DNA from: an uncultured Spirochaetota bacterium
GTDB lineage: Bacteria > Spirochaetota > UBA4802 > UBA5550
Assembly: GCA_963827275.1 (NCBI GenBank)
Contig: CAWHAA010000001.1
Coordinates: forward strand, 1-64,000
Direction of reading: 5' to 3'
DNA length: 64,000 nt
Within the stretch, counting starts at the first letter, position 1. The number at the start of each line of letters is the position of its first letter. The position numbers and the translations under genes were made by a program. The notes beneath the pieces were generated by a model. It worked only from the letters and a program-made list of their open reading frames with translations. It was not told where the DNA came from and made no database searches. Shown piece after piece: positions 60,232 through 64,000 of the stretch.

Positions 60232-61008
60232 CTATAACGTCTCCGGTAATGCCGCGGCGTTTTTCACTATCCGGATGGTGCCGAATACTTTATGCTGCAG
60301 CAGCCGTATTATCCTTGTCCTGGCCAGTTCCAGTATCGCCATGAACGACACCACGATCTCCATGCGCGACGGGTTCGTCGGGAAGATCTCGGGGAAATGA
60401 AGCACGTCCCGCTCGGCCAGCATCTTTTTTATATACTCAATCCTGTCGCTTACCTGGATCTCGTCAAATACAATTTCCTTTTCATCCACCGCCTTCTGTG
60501 ACTCGATCACCGCCGCGAAGGCCTTGAGGAGGTCGAAGAGCGATACATCGCCGTAATCATCCACCTCGATAATCTCTTCATGAATGTTCATCCGCGCGTA
60601 CCGGTTGGCGCTGGTTTCGAATTCCTCCAGGAGCCTTCGGGAGGCGTTCTGGAACTTCTTGAATTCCAGGAGCTTCTGCACCAGCTCGGGCGGCAGGGGC
60701 GGGACGAAATATTCGTCCTCGATCTGGCCCGCCGGGAGCAGCGCGCAGCTTTTATAAAAGAGAAGCTCCGACGCCATGCGTACGAATTCCGTCGCCACCC
60801 GCACGTTCAGCTTTTCCATGAGCTTCATGTACGCCATGTACTGCTCGGTTATGTGCGAGATGGTAATCTCCGTGACATCGATCTTTGCCTTCTTTATCAG
60901 GTCCCACAACAGGTCGAGGGGCCCGTTAAAGTTATCGATGTGGAGTATCGGGTTGGGTTCCGCCGCCTCTGCCTGGGTAATCTCTGTTTTTTCCTGAATA
61001 TCGCTCAT
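60232..61008 (-). CDS. scpA: Segregation and condensation protein A
   Basis: FNGPLDLLWDLI, ITEQY, IVVSFMAILEL. Confidence 0.94.
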   Translation of the reverse strand: MSDIQEKTEITQAEAAEPNPILHIDNFNGPLDLLWDLIKKAKIDVTEITISHITEQYMAYMKLMEKLNVRVATEFVRMASELLFYKSCALLPAGQIEDEYFVPPLPPELVQKLLEFKKFQNASRRLLEEFETSANRYARMNIHEEIIEVDDYGDVSLFDLLKAFAAVIESQKAVDEKEIVFDEIQVSDRIEYIKKMLAERDVLHFPEIFPTNPSRMEIVVSFMAILELARTRIIRLLQHKVFGTIRIVKNAAALPETL

Positions 61009-61159
61009 ACGACCGTTCCACTGACGTTCGATACGCCGCCGCGGCATTTCCGCCTGCACGGGGAATGCCGTGTGTACCGTTGCTTCATCACTATGCCGGA
61101 TTGCAGCGCCCATGACCGCCCGGCGACAGGTTCGTTCCCGCCGGGGCGGAGTATAACGC

Positions 61160-61189
61160 AAAAAGCCCCTTTTTGACAAGGGGCTTTTT
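61160..61189. terminator. Bidirectional hairpin terminator after cheY
   Basis: AAAAAGCCCCTT...AAGGGGCTTTTT. Confidence 0.75.
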
Positions 61190-61226
61190 GTATATATCCG
61201 GCATAAATTATGTCAATCAGTTTATT

Positions 61227-61586
61227 TCAGGCAAGGGCTTTCTCGGCCGCCTTCTGGAGCCGTTCCGGGGGGAACGGCTTCACGACGAAGTCCCTGACGC
61301 CGAGCTTGATCGCCTTGGTGAGCAGGTTCTCCTGTCCGAGCGCGGTGACCATGATGATTCGTGCATTCGGGTCCTGGCGAAGGATCTCTTCCGCTGCCTC
61401 AATCCCGTCCTTTTCGCGCATGGTGATATCCATGGTCACGAGGTTCGGTTTCAGCCGCTTATACAGCTCTATCGCCTCGTTGCCGTTCTCGGCTTCACCG
61501 ATAATCTCATGCCCGGCAGGAACAAGCGCGTCCTTGACGAGAGTTCTCATGAATTTTGCATCATCTACAATTAAAATGGTCGCCAT
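61227..61586 (-). CDS. cheY: Chemotaxis response regulator CheY
   Basis: ILIVDDAKFMR, VTMDITM, VTALGQ, FVVKPF. Confidence 0.93.
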   Translation of the reverse strand: MATILIVDDAKFMRTLVKDALVPAGHEIIGEAENGNEAIELYKRLKPNLVTMDITMREKDGIEAAEEILRQDPNARIIMVTALGQENLLTKAIKLGVRDFVVKPFPPERLQKAAEKALA

Positions 61587-61791
61587 GCACCTACCCCATT
61601 TAATGTTTCGACATATCCGTAAAAAATATTAACGCCATATATACAAATTTTAAGACTTTTTCAACATTCCCGAACTTTTTTATTACCAGTCCCGATTCTC
61701 CGGTGTCGAACAGGCGCTGCCCCACGGCCTGAAAGAAGTGCATCGCTGCGATGTGTTAAAACAGGGCACATTGGCATAGTACAGTATTGTG

Positions 61792-62874
61792 TTAAATATA
61801 TTCAACAATTTTTTTTGGAATTTCCGATAACGGAAGCACATCATGAATGGCCCCTTTTTCAACCGCAACCCTGTTCATCCCGTAGATGACCGACGTATCC
61901 TCATCCTGGGCTATGGTACGCCCGCCGGAATTCTTGATTTTCAGGATGCCTTCGGCCCCGTCCCTGCCCATGCCCGTCATAATTACCGCCACGGACTCGC
62001 GTCCCGTGATCTTCGCCATCGAATCAAACAGGACATCGATCGAGGGACGGTGTCCCGATACTTTTTCACCGCCGAACACCCTCACAAACCTCTTGCCGTT
62101 CTTTTCCTCTATGCCGATATGCGAATTCCCCGGCGCGAGATATCCGCACCCGGGGAGCACCGGGTCCATGTCCTCGGCCTCCTTGACCTCGAGATGGGAC
62201 ATCATATTAAGCCGTTCCGCAAACGCTTTTGTAAATCCCTCCGGCATATGCTGTACGACAAGGATCGACGATGAAAAATCCGCCGGAAGGTGGGTAAAGA
62301 CCTGCATGAGCGCCGCGGGCCCGCCCGTGGAGGTGCCTATCCCCACTATCTTTGAACTCGATTTTTTCAGGTCGGCGGGCTTTTCCGGCTTTCCCGCGTC
62401 CTTTTTCCCCCTGGCGCCCGCCGCCTTCCCTTCCATCTCTTTCAAAAGGGCCGCGCTGGATTTCGAGACCTTGGAGGTGTGCGCCAGCTTGACCTTCGAA
62501 CGGAGCAGGTCGCCGAACTCGTTAAGCGACATCGACACGACCGTAGACGGCTTGGGGATAAAATCCACCGCGCCGTATTCCAGGGCCTTGAAGGTTTCCT
62601 CGGCGCCATGCTGGGTAAAGACGCTCATCATGATGACCGGCTTGGGGTTTGTCGCAATTATCCTGCGCAAAGCCGAAAGCCCGTCAAGGACCGGCATCTC
62701 GATATCCATGGTAATGACATCAGGATCAAGCCTGCCGCTCGCGGTCACGGCTGCATCGCCGTTATCGGCGGTCCCGATGACCTTTATCTGGGGATCGCTT
62801 TCCAGAATCTCGGTGATAGCTTTCTGTACCAGGATCGAATCATCGACAACCAGGACCTTAATTTGACCCGACAT
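61792..62874 (-). CDS. cheB: Chemotaxis methylesterase CheB
   Basis: Receiver domain plus GTSTGGP, VQHMP, HRPSIDVLF, MTGMGRDGA. Confidence 0.97.
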   Translation of the reverse strand: MSGQIKVLVVDDSILVQKAITEILESDPQIKVIGTADNGDAAVTASGRLDPDVITMDIEMPVLDGLSALRRIIATNPKPVIMMSVFTQHGAEETFKALEYGAVDFIPKPSTVVSMSLNEFGDLLRSKVKLAHTSKVSKSSAALLKEMEGKAAGARGKKDAGKPEKPADLKKSSSKIVGIGTSTGGPAALMQVFTHLPADFSSSILVVQHMPEGFTKAFAERLNMMSHLEVKEAEDMDPVLPGCGYLAPGNSHIGIEEKNGKRFVRVFGGEKVSGHRPSIDVLFDSMAKITGRESVAVIMTGMGRDGAEGILKIKNSGGRTIAQDEDTSVIYGMNRVAVEKGAIHDVLPLSEIPKKIVEYI

Positions 62875-64000
62875 GAGACCTCATCCGATCAACGATAATC
62901 TTCAACGTATCCGCTTCAGGCAGGATAAGGAGGTTCCCGATTATCCTGTCATTCTCAAAGAAAAAGGAGGTGTCCATCACTATCGCGTAGTCGTTTATCA
63001 GCGAATGAAGTACCAGTATTGAATCGATGACCGACTGGAGATAATCGTGCACGATCGTCGGGATCCCCGCCCGTATGACCAGCCCGGTCTTTTCGGCGAT
63101 GATATTGATGACCGACGAACCGACGATGTTCGTCAGCTCCTGGAGCGCCGATTCCCCGTCCTCGTTGAGTTCTTTTGTCCTGCTTGTTCCCTTCCCGTAA
63201 AGCAGGTCGATCACCTCGAAGCCCGTTTTCTCCTGGAAGATGAAGAGAACGGTCCCCCGCGCGTCGCCGAGGACCGGCATCATGATGCCCATGTATATGC
63301 TGTCGATATTGCCGATATGCCGCGGGATCTGCTCGAGCGGCATCAGGGTGACTTCGGGAATTGACAGATCGATCCGCTTCTTCAGTATCTTGGAGATTGA
63401 TTCCGCCGCATTCGTGGCGCCGACGTTCGCGATAAGCTGGAATTCCGTCAGGTCGCGCGGCGTGAGGTCAAGGGCCCCGATCATATGCGAAGACGGGTCG
63501 CCGGTCGAGGCGGTCGTCTTGATGCTTTCCCGGAGCTCGTTTCTGAACTCGTCAAGGGTGTCGTGCACCCGCTGTTCTATCTGTTCGTCCGATACCGCTC
63601 CGGGCGCGGGGCCGGCGCCGGCGCCGGCCGGTTGCGGTCCCTTCAGTGACGACGCCGCACGGTCCTTCCTGTCGGCCTGCACCGGCCGCTGCGGAGCGGC
63701 TTCCTTTTGAGGGGTCGTCCCGCGAAGCGCCGGCCCGTTGCCGGCCGAGAAACCCGCGGACGACTTCCGCGTGGCGATCTCCGGCTGCTCGAGCTCTTCA
63801 TACGAGGCCTCGCCCGAATCCACGACCCGGTTCCGTTCATATTTTGATATCTTGTCCTGCTCGGCGATCACCTTGTTTATCATCGAGGCGATGTCGAGGA
63901 TGAGGCAGATGCTGCCGTCGCCCAGGATGGACGCGCCCGCGAGCCCCTCGACGGTCATATAGTTCTGCTCCAGGGACTTGATGACGATCTCCTGCTTGCC
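62858..64000 (-). CDS. cheA: CheA C-terminus (CheW-like P5 domain) fused to a CheC-like domain; 5' truncated by the window
   Basis: Open to the window edge: GKQEIVIKSL..GLAGASILGDGSICLILD, then linker, then CheC-like IANVGATNAAESIS..SALQELTNIVG. Confidence 0.85.
   Translation of the reverse strand, partial: GKQEIVIKSLEQNYMTVEGLAGASILGDGSICLILDIASMINKVIAEQDKISKYERNRVVDSGEASYEELEQPEIATRKSSAGFSAGNGPALRGTTPQKEAAPQRPVQADRKDRAASSLKGPQPAGAGAGPAPGAVSDEQIEQRVHDTLDEFRNELRESIKTTASTGDPSSHMIGALDLTPRDLTEFQLIANVGATNAAESISKILKKRIDLSIPEVTLMPLEQIPRHIGNIDSIYMGIMMPVLGDARGTVLFIFQEKTGFEVIDLLYGKGTSRTKELNEDGESALQELTNIVGSSVINIIAEKTGLVIRAGIPTIVHDYLQSVIDSILVLHSLINDYAIVMDTSFFFENDRIIGNLLILPEADTLKIIVDRMRSHVGSN

Overview
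GC-rich bacterial chromosomal DNA, densely coding. The right third is a minus-strand conserved block: cheA-cheB-cheY-scpA-scpB-pheA-tyrA-cmk-rpsA-TPR-rpmF-acpP-rnc-NUDIX-aroB-STAS...murJ. That order resembles what I recall for Leptospira-related Spirochaetota (inference). The left two thirds hold the end of a surface-polysaccharide locus (wzt, GT2, fcl), assorted metabolic, redox and transport genes, a TetR-TolC-MFP-RND-PII-like efflux operon, a 7TM-DISM chemoreceptor and a probable double-cubane reductase. Frameshifts cluster at 1-2800 and 15360-17750 and look like read or consensus errors. I found no rRNA, tRNA, CRISPR array or transposase. The most unusual items are: (i) a TPR + FecCD-like + ABC-ATPase operon whose ATPase and permease both lack key motifs; (ii) a CheA-CheC fusion; (iii) a 90-aa protein built of 17-aa repeats next to a densely hairpinned ~250-nt non-coding element; (iv) a stand-alone 42-codon transcription unit; (v) a tiny lipoprotein behind a perfect consensus promoter; (vi) a 43-bp palindromic tandem repeat upstream of a FlaG-like gene; (vii) an RRM protein with a duplicated disordered tail. 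All calls come from reading motifs by eye; no searches were run.
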